Source: Sphaeroforma arctica JP610
Taxonomy: Eukaryota
NCBI RefSeq assembly: GCF_001186125.1
Contig: NW_014040041.1
Location: 1 to 47,107, forward strand
DNA length: 47,107 bases
Direction: 5' to 3'
Position numbers and translations under genes: made by a program. Below the pieces are notes generated by a model. That model had not been told where the DNA came from, searched no databases, and was given only the letters and a program-made list of their open reading frames with translations. Positions 1-13,274 of this stretch are shown here, one piece after another (the stretch's first letter is position 1; every line of letters begins with the position of its first letter).

Positions 1-977
1 GAATTGTATAGCTTAGGCGATGTAGTTTCAAATTCTACAAATACATGCCATTAATTGATGAAGACGCTACTTGGAAGCATAAGGTTTATTCGATTTTTTT
101 ACCAAAAATAGTTACTGTTCCTTCACTAAATACATACTTCTATTCAAGTGGCAGTGGCACTGGGATATACCGATGAACACGATAAATTGAATATTCAACT
201 GAGATCACAGTTAGCTATTCGGAGACTCGTGATACTTGAATATTATTTGGACTGACACTTTTGATTGAGATTTCCGTGTCAGCACTGATTGCAAGCTACG
301 ATATGAGATCCAAACCGTCAGGAATTCACAAACTTCAGTATTTCAAGTCGCTTCAAGCAGCAAAGAAACCTGTACACAGTGCACAGTCACTGTCTAAGAG
401 TCTCACTGACTCAATGCTCGAGTAGTATACATATGTATTTTCATAGCACTTTATATATAGCCCTGTACTTTGCTTTGAATATTTGTCAACTCTGTTGTGT
501 GATAAGCGCATCTCATAGGCCATTGCAAGATGGTGCAGAAAATTTTAAATCCAATGAGCGGCGTCTTGCTGATTGTCAACCTCCAAACCCTAAATCCTAC
601 AATAAACCGTTCAACCCATACTTTAAAGTTTAAACCCTACTTTTTTTTAGCACATTTCGTATTCAGCAGATTCAGACTTCAGAGCACTATTTTTTTTAAA
701 TGCTTTAAGAGTGCTTTTTAGACCGAACTTGTCGAACCATGCTTTAATGGGTGTCGTATACCCGGGAGAGCTAGGTTATACTTTTGCCATGTTTCCTATG
801 TTAAGTATGCCGACCTTCGTATGTATTTAGCATATTTCAGGGCTTGATAGTACATAACATAGAGCCTATAAATTCCTCGCCGAAACTTTGTATGCCGTTG
901 ATACAATCATATCGATTTCCTCTTTTCCATCTCCTAAAAGGCACTACTGACTATACACCGTCGAGAACTATTGCAAT

Positions 978-2594
978 ATGCAGAGGGCATCCCGATCAAC
1001 CAGTGCACTAAATACGCTCGCATACAAACCGCTGTCTATAGTACCTCGGAAAGGCAAATCGCTACGTGCTACATTACAATGGTGGGGGACGGTGGTGTTC
1101 ATCATCGCCATCATGCCGGTGGTGTATGTCGCCGTCAACTTGTACATATCACACCCCCGATTTAGAAGCAAGTTAGGCTACACCGAACCTACGCCTGGTA
1201 ATTCATATCAAATCAGTATTTCTAATAACTCCTCTATCAATGATGATAACATAGTCAAACTGGCTGCGATTAAAGCGTCATCAACGAAGTTTGGCCCCAG
1301 GAATAGTACACATACGGTTCAACAGGTACTGAGGCAAGATGTTAGAGGCAAACTTGCAGAATTTACGAGCAAGACACAAATCGCACCCGTAAACGCTCTG
1401 GATGACCATCATCCAAACCGTACATTACACACCAAGCAAGAGCAGCATAGTGCACAATATACATCACACACAGGAGTACCTGATCTGTTGCCTTATCCTC
1501 AAGGTAGGGAGGATAAAGATGCCTCAGAACGTAGTGTGTATTATATCAAGCCTTTCAATTCCGGCAAAGTAAACCATAGAACAAAGCAGGTAACAGAGCT
1601 TGACACGTATAAAATAACCGTGGTGATATCAACATTCAAACAGCCCGCGTGTCTTACCAAACAATTGCGCATTTGGTCCAAGTGTGACATAGTGCATTCC
1701 ATTCGTGTAAACTGGTTCGAAGGGAATGAGGATATACCCTTCAACTGGCCGAAACTAGATTCGAACGGTCCAAAAGTAATACTAGACGAGCTACCCGACA
1801 AACTATCGTACCGATTTTGGCCCAGGCGGTTTGTGACAGAAGGTGTATTCACTGTAGATGTGGACACTTTCTATAGTTGTACAGCACTAAAGGCGGCTTT
1901 CGCGTTGTGGAAGCTGCACCCAAAGTCAGCTGTCGGATTTCACGCTCGACAACTAGATCGACACCGTAAAGAACTGTGGTACGAGTCATACTCGCAACCT
2001 TACCCACGGAACTCGTTATTGATTACTAAGGGAGGCATACAGCACCGTGACGCTTACACACGATTCTTCATGGACTACTATAGGACACAGAGGCTACAGG
2101 TAGACAAATATGTCACAGGAGAGGACTATCTCATGGCGTTTGTACAAGCTATACACTTTGATCCGATTGTGAAGTTTGTGTGCGCGGGTGTGGCGCATAG
2201 CTGCCACGCGGAATGCATGGAGGGCAAAGTGGGCAGTCTGGGCTCACGTACGAGTAGATCGAGAAAGACAATGCTTCGTAAGCTGTTTACAGAGTTTGGA
2301 GATCCGTTCGTGACTCTAACTGGACCCGAGAATATGCTGAGACTTGAGGCCGAGCCCACGCCGCAAAGACCAATGTGGGGAATCAGGTGCTTTCTGGACT
2401 ATCTAAATGAAAAAGAGGCGCCACAAGCGGACGACTGCCAGTCGAAGCCTATGAGTGACAACAGCTATAACTGCATGCACTACTTTGACCCCGATCATGT
2501 GGATGCAGAAGCTTGGTATAATGCTATCAGTGGACCGGATATATTTATTCTGGCTGTGTATATCGGTTTGTACATGAGCTATCTCTCGAGTTGA
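978..2594 (+). CDS. Glycosyltransferase family 64 (EXTL/exostosin C-terminal-like alpha-HexNAc transferase), type II membrane protein
   Basis: Single 538-aa ORF with an N-terminal signal-anchor (WWGTVVFIIAIMPVVYVAVNLYI) and a low-complexity stem. GT64-like motifs follow: TVVISTF...IRVNW, LSYRFWP...TEGVFTVDVD (cf. LNNRF.P...TDAVLxxDDD, DxD motif), AFALWKLHPKSAVGFHAR, LITKGG, and VDKYVTGEDYLMAF (cf. NCEDI.MNF). The family was recognised by eye and the C-terminal ~90 aa are unassigned. Confidence 0.8.
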   Translation: MQRASRSTSALNTLAYKPLSIVPRKGKSLRATLQWWGTVVFIIAIMPVVYVAVNLYISHPRFRSKLGYTEPTPGNSYQISISNNSSINDDNIVKLAAIKASSTKFGPRNSTHTVQQVLRQDVRGKLAEFTSKTQIAPVNALDDHHPNRTLHTKQEQHSAQYTSHTGVPDLLPYPQGREDKDASERSVYYIKPFNSGKVNHRTKQVTELDTYKITVVISTFKQPACLTKQLRIWSKCDIVHSIRVNWFEGNEDIPFNWPKLDSNGPKVILDELPDKLSYRFWPRRFVTEGVFTVDVDTFYSCTALKAAFALWKLHPKSAVGFHARQLDRHRKELWYESYSQPYPRNSLLITKGGIQHRDAYTRFFMDYYRTQRLQVDKYVTGEDYLMAFVQAIHFDPIVKFVCAGVAHSCHAECMEGKVGSLGSRTSRSRKTMLRKLFTEFGDPFVTLTGPENMLRLEAEPTPQRPMWGIRCFLDYLNEKEAPQADDCQSKPMSDNSYNCMHYFDPDHVDAEAWYNAISGPDIFILAVYIGLYMSYLSS

Positions 2595-3327
2595 ATAGGG
2601 ATTGGTCGTCTCCGTGTATTAACAGACCTTGACCGACCACGACGCCGCCACCGGAGGTATATAAACCTAAGCTTCCGAGTACACGGAATTAAACAACATT
2701 GAACTAAGTACAGAATAAGCAGCAAGAAATGACATAGTCGTTTTATAGACATACGCGAGACTTCAATAAAAAATAAACAAGGCTAGACCATGCCTAACCC
2801 CTTCTGATGCATATTTCAACTGCAATATACACATTGGCATATAAATACGGTCCTGTCATAGTTGACAAGGTGGTGCACTTACGCGCACATACAGCCATGC
2901 ACCATGACTGCACTTACGCCCGGATGACATAGATTTTAACACCCAGCACTAACAGGAAGGCGATCACGTATACATCCAAATACGATTCAAACCCTGAAAC
3001 CCTAACCACGCAAAATATGCCGGAGAGTATAGAGGGCTATAAGTGCACACGCGAAATACGAAAGAATTCATGAACATATATCGATACAAATTCATAAATA
3101 TATCCCAACATTATGGGTACAGTTACATGCGACACACATGCTTAATATGGTGCACTAAATATATACCTAAATCAACAGTGTATATAACTGCTTGCATATA
3201 AGCAGTTATATATATTCGTATATACAACCAGGTGTTGGGAAGCATTTGCCAGTGAAAGTGCTAGAGGTTTCGCGGGCCCTATCTATACAAGTGGGTAGAC
3301 CAGGAGAGCAGGCATGCAATACTAGAT

Positions 3328-3472
3328 ACACACTTGCACATACGCGTACCGACTACAATTTTATATACATACACACTTGCACATACGCGTACCGACTACA
3401 GTTATATATACATACACACTTGCACATACGCGTACCGACTACAGTTATATATACATACACACTTGCACATAT
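3328..3472. repeat. Minisatellite, ~3.4 copies of a 43-bp unit
   Basis: ACACACTTGCACATACGCGTACCGACTACAGTTATATATACAT starts at 3328, 3371 and 3414, with a partial copy at 3457. Confidence 0.9.
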
Positions 3473-3884
3473 ACGTTCTCGCATGTATGAAAACACAAGC
3501 ACAACTACATTCGTATATTCATAAAGCACGCAAATACGGTTTTATGGGCAAAAAACAAAACAATGAGAAGTCACTGTTGTACATACATTGATTAAGAATT
3601 TGGGATTCATAGCCCATACTTATGATAAGGTGCTATCCTTTATTATGTGATTTCGAATCGAGTTCCGAACAGCAGATGTACACACACACACACATTTGAA
3701 TGCACATGTCAATTTTCTGTATACATATGCGCTTAGCATTGGAAAGTATTTCTATGTATAGTGAATGACACATTCTTGAATAGTATAAACTCACTTGCGA
3801 TATCACAGTAAGTATAGTCGTTCAAATATAAATGAATATTTATACATGTTTTCATAATTATTTATAGATGTATTCATATGCATA

Positions 3885-4660
3885 TATGTTGTGTATGTAT
3901 GTACGAACCATCTTACCCTGTAGGAATGTATACTGTGTATGTTTTCATGAACTATCGTAACAGGTATGTTGTGTATGTATGCACGTACCACTTTAACAGG
4001 TATGTATATATGCTGTGTATGTACGTAATAATCATCATAACAGGTATATATGTATGTATGTATGTTGTGTGTGTTTGTATGAACCATTTGAACAGGTATG
4101 CAGGTATGTTGTATATGTATGTATGTTTTGTATATATGTATGCTCTGTATGTATGTATTTTGTGCATGTATATTGTGTATGTATTTTTATGAACCATCTA
4201 AACCGGTATGTATGCATGTTGTTCTGCATGTTGTATATGCATGTACAAACTATCTTAACCGATATGTATGTAGTGTATGTCTGCTTTTATCCACGAACCA
4301 ACTTAATCGGTATGTATGTAGTGTATGTATGCTTTTATCCACGAACCAACATAAACGGTAAGTATGTATGTTGTGTATGTATGTATATTGTAAAGGTATG
4401 CATATTGTGTGTGTATGTATGTATGGACCATTTAAATAGGTATATAAGAATGTGATATATGCTGTGTATGTATGTATGTTGATTATGTATGTACAGACCA
4501 ATATAACAGGTACTTATGTCGTGTACGTATGTGTGTATCCATGAACCATCTTAAACGGCATGTATGTATGCTATGTATGTATGTGTATTGTATATGTATG
4601 TATGTTTTGTGTGTATGTATGTTTCTATGTATGTATGAACCATCTTAACCGGTCTATGTG
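3885..4660. repeat. Degenerate interspersed tandem array: ~13 copies of a ~22-bp core separated by (GTAT/GT)n tracts
   Basis: Core consensus is ATGAACCATCTTAACAGGTATG, seen near 3903, 3948, 3984, 4079, 4189, 4246, 4272, 4340, 4423, 4493, 4541 and 4634. Confidence 0.8.
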
Positions 4661-5630
4661 GATATATCGATATTTACACATATACAACTATATACACACA
4701 AAAACACGATAGTACTATCATTAGAGAGATCTATATTACATACAAATTCATATGTGCATGTTACCTCGATCATGTAAAACAATTATAAACGCAGACGCAC
4801 GGTGTGCATGTGTATCATTGATTAGGGAGTACTTAGGATACCGTTCAGATTATAAATCGATGTGGGCATGCTTTCCTTTGTGTTTAAAATATGTAGTGGT
4901 ACTACCGTGGAACAGTATCCCCTTTGTTATACACTACAAAAAGGAGTGTTGCATAATAGAACATCCTTAGACGCCCATATACACATATATACAAATTGCC
5001 AATATACTTTATGTAGTGCAGTAAGTACACTCACAGGCAGGGTACACAATCTTGTCGTGTGTTATCAATTTAAAGTGTTCAAATATCAATACTCCCACTA
5101 CGGAGCAAGAGAGTTATAAGTGTGCAACGATTACTATTGGTGGGTGGTGGTAGGGCGTAACGTCAGATCCACGTGCAGTGACAAGTGTCATCGCTTTTCA
5201 CAACAAACAACTGTCATGATTTTCAACTATATGTCGTTATATTTATTCATGTATTTTATCCATCACTTAGACTACAGGATATACCTTCTTGGCCCCAGAT
5301 ACACACAAATGCATGACGTAATTAACGACAATATGTTGTAAATATTTTATATTATATGGAAAGCGTTATCTGATGCACATCGCTTATAACCCATATGTAT
5401 TTAACCTTTATGGAGACTAAAGTGCGTCTGTGTATGGGCCTGAATTTGTTACTACTATTGCATACTACTGTTTCCATACTATAGCAAGTTGTACTTACAC
5501 ATACAACCGTCAGACTTTCCAAGATTAAGACATACTACTTTATAAGTAATATTGCAATACTCATACATTTACGCCTCTCATTATTCATAATCCGAGACCG
5601 CTGTGTGTTGCCAATCTGAATCTACAAAGG

Positions 5631-6475
5631 ATGACTCAGAACCATGTGTTCACAGTTGAAGGCGGATCTTGCCTGTCTGTGTCCAGACAAGCTAGACTCC
5701 TGCAGCAACTGAAGGTAGGATGTGCGTACGTATATACTTGTATCTATGTACGTGTGTGGGATGTTTGCTTGTATCTGTGTAGATTTGTGACCCATAAGCT
5801 TGTGTGTGCATGTGTTCAATATGCCGGTATTTGTGTGTATGGATGGTATAAATGCTTGGATATTGTTTGTATGTCTGTATATTCATTTTTTTTTGCTCGT
5901 GTGGTCTATTTGCTTGTATCTGTGTCTATGTGTGGTATAGATGCTTGTATCTATGTACATGTGTTTCTTAGATACTTGTATATGTGTACATGGGTGAGAT
6001 AGATGCTTGTTTCCCTGTTGCATGGGTGGTATATATGCTTTTATTTGGTTGTATTTGTGGTGTATATGCTTGAAGTTTTGTATCTATGAAATATGCCTGC
6101 ATTTGGGTGTATGTGGTGAATGTGCACCTCTTGTGCTTGTTAGCTGAGATCCTACAGAGCTGCATGCTTCAGTTGCACTCATAGTATGTCCTCCCACACG
6201 AGGTTCAATGTCAAGGATCACTATATCATACTAGTGCTATCATAAGGTTGCAAACAGACGTATATGTACACATGTACTTATGCATTCATCGGTCACTATA
6301 TATATATATATATATATATGTATATTTAACTCTTCCGTTCATATTGATATATCCGTTGATATTTGCTCATGGTGAGAGTTCACGCCCACCTGTGTATATT
6401 ATTTTTCCCATGCACCTGTCAAACCTGCAGATGGTTCTTGATGTGTGTATACCTGTATAGTTGTACACGTATGCA

Positions 6476-6509
<34 letters not shown>

Positions 6510-7292
6510 CGTACGCATGCATGTACATATATATGTGTGTGTACGTATCTAAACTGCTCACTCAGTCTAATTCAAGTAAAGCTTTGAGCAGTGTGCAGAT
6601 GTGTCGTCTCCTGTTGACAATTGGGTTTTGCTTTGTATGTCCGTCAAAGACGGCGTAGCATTCACGGAGGTATACATGTTAACTGACTGAAACACTTAAT
6701 ACTGACACCAACATATACATGAAAGTTCGGTAATTTATTGGTTGACTTGTGCGGGTGTATGTAAGTCTGCGTCAGACGTTCTATTTTACCAAGTGGATGT
6801 GAGGTTGATTATGTCTTACCAGTGAGAGTTGGATGCGAAGATATAAAGTTCGGTACAATTCCTGAGTGTGTGCATAAACGTTAAGTACACACACATGCTA
6901 GTGGAGTCATCTGACGGCGGGTGAATTGTGGTTCATTTCCATATATGCACGTATCTATTAATAGATTTTAACGGCTGACCAATCAAATGCCTTCTCCAAC
7001 CCGTGCGCAGGAAGTAGACCCGGCCGTTACCAACATCTGCGGACACTATGTGCACTTCATCGAAGTCAGCCAGATCCTCGCAACGGACGAGCACACCTTA
7101 CTCACCAACCTGCTGGCAAATGCGGAAGACAATGTCAACGTATGTCACCAGGGGGTATATATACATGTCATGTGCGTTTATTTATTGTATTGGGGTTGAA
7201 TGATATATACAATTGGGGAGTTGTTTGGACTATTGTAGATTGTTGAGTTTATCTGCACAAGTGTTGTGGGGTTGTATGCATGCATGCATGCA

Positions 7293-7367
<75 letters not shown>

Positions 7368-7398
7368 ATAAATGTATATATATCTATCTATCTATCTA

Positions 7399-7444
<46 letters not shown>

Positions 7445-7870
7445 AAACCTCGAGATCTACATATAACATAGATAAATAACTCTATACATCACTTGTCAAG
7501 CCGGCAGTGCCAACTTCTCCTTAGGGTTTCAGGATTTATTCTCATCACAGATCTTGCTGTATCTCGAATTAGGTTTATAGCCACAGCGGCTCTGTTCATT
7601 TTCCACAGTCATAATCCAATGGCCTGCGCCCGTACTGTGTTCGATGCAATCGCTCGATCGTCTGAGTCGTCGTGTAATGAATTGATTCGCATTGGTTTGG
7701 CATATGGATATCACGTGGGCATTGTTCTCACTGGTTGGTATGGATACGGAATCTCAGTGTATGCTCCAGTTTTATGGTTCTAAAGCATCCGCCTGCGATT
7801 ACTGTGCGTATTTGTTGGTATTGTAGACACACACACACACACACAAGTATATATATATATATTTATATAC

Positions 7871-7901
<31 letters not shown>

Positions 7902-9928
7902 ATATTTTTTAATGTATAGAAGCACATGGAGGTACGTTGTACTTAGTTTCCTGCTACGTACTCTTCCTGCACAGGCTCCGGTGGTAGCCATGAACAGCCA
8001 CAGCAGTTGCCAATTGGTGATCACCCCTCGCCAAGGCACCATCAGCCCATGGTCATCGAAGGCTACGGATATTGCAACCATTTGCGGTCTGGAGAAGGTA
8101 CATACAGTGTGTTGTGAGTGGCATACCCGTATGGGCACCTAATTGTGCTATGAATAATATTTGGAGACTTATGAGTATTTATAGATATCTTTTTAAAGAT
8201 TATGGCTAGTGTAGAACCGTTGTATAAACCCCATAATTCTATTTTTAGATCGTCCCAGAATGTAAGTTCGTGAGTCAATGAGAGTGTTAGAATTGTGGTG
8301 TGCGTCGTCTTCCGTATTTGGTCCTCCACGGTTACTCTTAACACGCGAAGTCCGCTAGGGTTTATGGTTCAGGGTTTGGGTATGGTAAAAGATCTGTGAG
8401 TGAGTGAAGATGTCAGAAAGTACCATGGGAGTTAGTTTATGTTGTGAGAGGCCCTTTTGGTATTGTGTTTGGTTGCTATAGCTACCGATATTCCGAACAT
8501 ATGCGGTCTCGAGAATGACAACAGTATGTGAAAAAAACTTTAAATTCTACTATCGAAAAATAAACATTGAGAATGGTTGATCGCATATTTATATATATAT
8601 ACATATACATATATATATTTATATCTATATATATATATATCTTTGTATCTACGAATCCATGTATATGTATGTATATATATATATATATATGGCATGACAC
8701 ACATTAACTGAACTCCCACGCTTCTTTCCCAGATCATCCGAATTGAACGGGGCAGTGTGTATGCCATCGAGGGAATGCTTAAACCATCCGCGGCTGTGTG
8801 CGATGTGCTGCATGACCGCATGACTGAGGTAAGAGTGGATGTTCCTCGATTGTAGGGTTTTAGCTTTTGCATGCATATACGCAAAGAGTTATGTCATTGT
8901 GCGGTAGGTTACGGATATTGATAGATAGGGGCGTGTGGGATGTTTAGGTATGGGTGTGTGTTGTAAGACGTTATACGAGTGCGTATGGTTCGGACTGATA
9001 TGACGTACGTCCTGGTCTGTAATAGAACAGCAACCCTTGAGCCTATAATACTGATATATATAAATCTTAATATTACTGATATGACTTACGTCCCTTTCTC
9101 TAATAGAACAGTAACCTTTGAGCGTATACTTCAATATATATCTTAGTATTCGCCACGTGGCATGCACCCTTGCCTATAGTACAATACTCCTCTGAATACA
9201 ATATTCTTCTGGGTTTTCCCTTTTTAGGAAGTATTGGCGGGACTCGATGACGCAGCTGTTGCCAATCTCTTCAACCACCAGAGCCCTCGACCGGTAAGCA
9301 TTGCGACTGCTAAATTCCGTCACACAGATAGTACTGAGACTATATGTGTTGTGCTTCTAGGGGTTTAGGATGCAGGGTTCAACTCATAAGCTCAGTCACA
9401 CAAATAGTACTGAGACTATATGTGTTGTACTTATAGGGGTTTAGGTTGTAGGGTTTGACTCCCAATTCAAGTCAGGCATATGCTACTGAAACTATTTACA
9501 TTATACTAGTACACCTATATACACTAGGCATTTGTTGTATTATACTAGTACACCTATATACACTAGGCATTTGTTGTATTATACTATCACAACTATATGT
9601 ACTAGGCATACTATTTAAACTATTTGTGCTATACATTTTAATGTGTCTACAAAGACCTCCAAATACGAATGTACCACATGCGATTCTGAATCGAAAGGCC
9701 CGATTTACTCGCGCACACTTACAATGATGGTAAATACATCCACACACACTGTGTGGCAATTATTAACAATACTAACATGCAACTACGTGGGACGTAAAAG
9801 CTTAAACACGTGGACATCCTTGGAGAGGGCAAGGAGGCGCTTCTTAAAGCGAACAAGTAAGTCAATACTCACTTCTACGTTGATTTGCATTTGTATATTA
9901 TTGTGTGTACGCGTATTAATAAACTCCT

Positions 9929-9966
<38 letters not shown>

Positions 9967-10756
9967 GCGTCTTCGTGACGTGNNNNNNNNNNNNNNNNNN
10001 NNNNNNNNNNNNTATTAATTTATTATTATATATATATACATATACATATATATATATATTTAATTTATATATATATATATATATATAAACCTATAGATGT
10101 ATATCTATATGCCTATGTGAAGACACAGCCCCCCATAACATCCATCCACAACGTGACATGGCGGCCACAATGAAAGCATCTGCTAATCTAGCGCAGGGCG
10201 TGGGCTTAGTTTTGATATATAAACGCAAATAACCTTTACATTGATTGTGCATATCACAGGTACACACACACATACCCTGCTGACATTCTTTTTACTCAGG
10301 TTGATACTAACACACACACGTACTTTGCTGACATTTGATTGGCTCAGGTTAATTCTGAACATTGTCGTCACAAGATTTTCAATGCCGACTTCACCATCGA
10401 CGGTCAAAAGAAGGACATCTCGCTCTTTGGAATGGTAGGTAGAAATTGGCAAGTACCCGCAGACTGTCAGTAAATGTAGTTCGTTCAACTGGTACACAGT
10501 GTATGTAGTATATATATGTATATATAGATATGGTAGGTAAACAGTGCGTTGTCATAACGGTAGGTAGAAAGGGGTTTTTCATAGCTTCGGTAAGTACTCG
10601 TAGACTGGTAGTATATGCGCATCGTTATGTTGGTCTCTCTGTTGGTGTATTTCTGTGAACTAACACTCAAACTCGATTGAGATGAAACCGCAGCCATTGA
10701 CACGCATTCTTAGTGTATTCCATTACTCACAAGTCAGTCCTTTCTGCCGTGATATA

Positions 10757-10793
<37 letters not shown>

Positions 10794-11223
10794 GTGAGTG
10801 TCAAGTCTTGGAAAGGTTGATTCGCTGGCCTGGGATGGTTGCGTCCCTCACTCGCTTGCGTACTTGTTGCTTGTCTGATAAGTTCTTCAGTTGGTTTATG
10901 TAATGCCTTCTCTGTTATGTTATATATATATATATATATATGTGTGTGTGCGTCAATACAATACAATACAATACAATACTTGGCTTACATCAATTACTTC
11001 CGTTTGACTGCATCTAAATTATCTTCTCGTGTACACGCAGATCCGTAACACATACAAACAAACGCCCGAGGGCATTCTGTCAGCGTACAGCGACAACGCA
11101 TCAGTTATTGAGGGCTCTAAGGCAACCAAACTGAGACCTAACCAAGACACGCACGAATACACAATGGTATGCGCAATTTATGCTTGTATGTAAATGTAAA
11201 TGCATTTATGTATCTGTTAATGC

Positions 11224-11254
<31 letters not shown>

Positions 11255-13202
11255 ATTTAGAAGTATCTGTGTGTGGATGTTTTTTGATTAATGGGTGTTC
11301 AGAGTGTAGTGTGTTGAGTTATTGCGTGTGTGCTCAGTGCATGCTGCGTCAATTCTTCCTATCGTTAAAATATATACCAGAGAACGTACAAGTACAATGA
11401 TTCATATATATATATATATATATTTATTATAACTGTATGGATGTGTGTGAGCGTGTATAACTACACGAATATAGCTACATCAATTCACAGAGGTCGCTGT
11501 GTGTATTCTGCTGACGTCCACCTACCTATTCACATGCTGACAAATATACACAGCACATGACCGGACCTCTGTCTATGGCATATATGTACCTTATACCTTG
11601 ATATCATAGCATGTTCGAAAAAGGCGATTTCGAATCGATTTTATATTTTAAATTTTCATACTCATTGAATCGGGTACAACAGCATTCTCGAAAATATTTT
11701 AGTTCCGTTTTATACATAACTAAATATGTTCTGGTTCTTTAATATTTTAGTTCTTTAAATAAAGTTCTGTATATGAATGTTTACTACATATGCACACACA
11801 CATACACACACACACACACATATATATATACATATATATGAGATTATGTAAGCCTGATTCCAACCTCTTTTATCAATTACACGCATGATACAGGAGCAAG
11901 AAGACGTGCACATTCTCATGAAAGTGGAGACGCACAACCATCCCACTGGCATCTGCCCATTCCCTGGCGCAGCCACTGGCAGTGGAGGAGAGATCAGAGA
12001 CGAAGCGGCGGTGGGCAAAGGAAGCAAACCTAAGGCAGGACTATCAGGCTACAACACATCCCACCTGCGCATACCAGGCGCAGAGGTATGTGAACGGATA
12101 TATATATGTACGTATGAATATATATACACACACACACATATATATATATATATGTGTGTGTGTATGGTTGATTAGTAACCGAGCCTGAATCTCAATTCAA
12201 AGTGTCTGCGGGTAATCGGAAGCAGCCTACGACTGGGCAATTAGAATACAACACATCACACTTATGTACACCTAGCACTACAAACACATTATGACAATGA
12301 ACTAGATACAAACACATGTGCATACCTACCACTACAAGCTACGTCAACCAACTAGTTACAAACACGTGCTTGTAAGTTCATATAATACAGACAGAGAGAG
12401 GAGACACACCGCAGCACAGTCGGCAGCACAGAGTCAGCGTTAAAGGTTTATAAGAGGCACAAACACACAAACACACACGCACACGTACTAATTCACACGT
12501 AGACACATGTATACGTACTAATACACACGTTCACACACACACACGTGCTTATACACTCGCACACGCACACACAGACACACACGTATTTATACACACGTAC
12601 TAATACACACGTACATGCACACACAGACACACATGTATTTATACACACGCACACGCACACACACGTACTTATACACACGCACACGCACACACACGTACTT
12701 ATACACACGCACACGCACACACAGACACACACGTATTTATACACACGTACTAATACACACGTACATGCACACACAGACACACATGTATTTATACACACGC
12801 ACACGCACACACACTTACTTATACACACGTACACACGTACATACTAATGCATACTTTGGTACCCATACGCACACTCACATACTAATACACGCACTTGTCT
12901 GTGTTCCTATGACCACAGAGAGAGTGGGAGAGCACAGCAGGTGTGTCTCCTGCGCAAGCGTCGGCGTTTAAGATTATGACTGAGGCACCTCTGGGCAGTG
13001 CTGCGTTCAACAACGAATTCGGTCGACCCGCCATCGCCGGTTACTTCCGAACTTTTGGAGACGAAATCCCTAATTCTGAGGTAAATTGGGATCGGCCCTT
13101 CCTGATTTTGCGTTCTCGAGATATGCCAAAAATAACCTTTCACTGAATAGCGGGCACAAAAATATACATATGTATATTTATATAAATATACATACAAACA
13201 CT

Positions 13203-13274
<72 letters not shown>

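Noticed and set aside
3885..4660. CRISPR array
   Set aside because: The repeats are degenerate, the spacers are low-complexity GTAT tracts of very uneven length, there are no cas genes, and the context is eukaryotic.
10197..10235. GCGCAG|GGCGTGGGCTTA as the missing PFAS exon
   Set aside because: The required phase hits TAG within four codons, and the other frames lack the conserved RNP.D.E motif.
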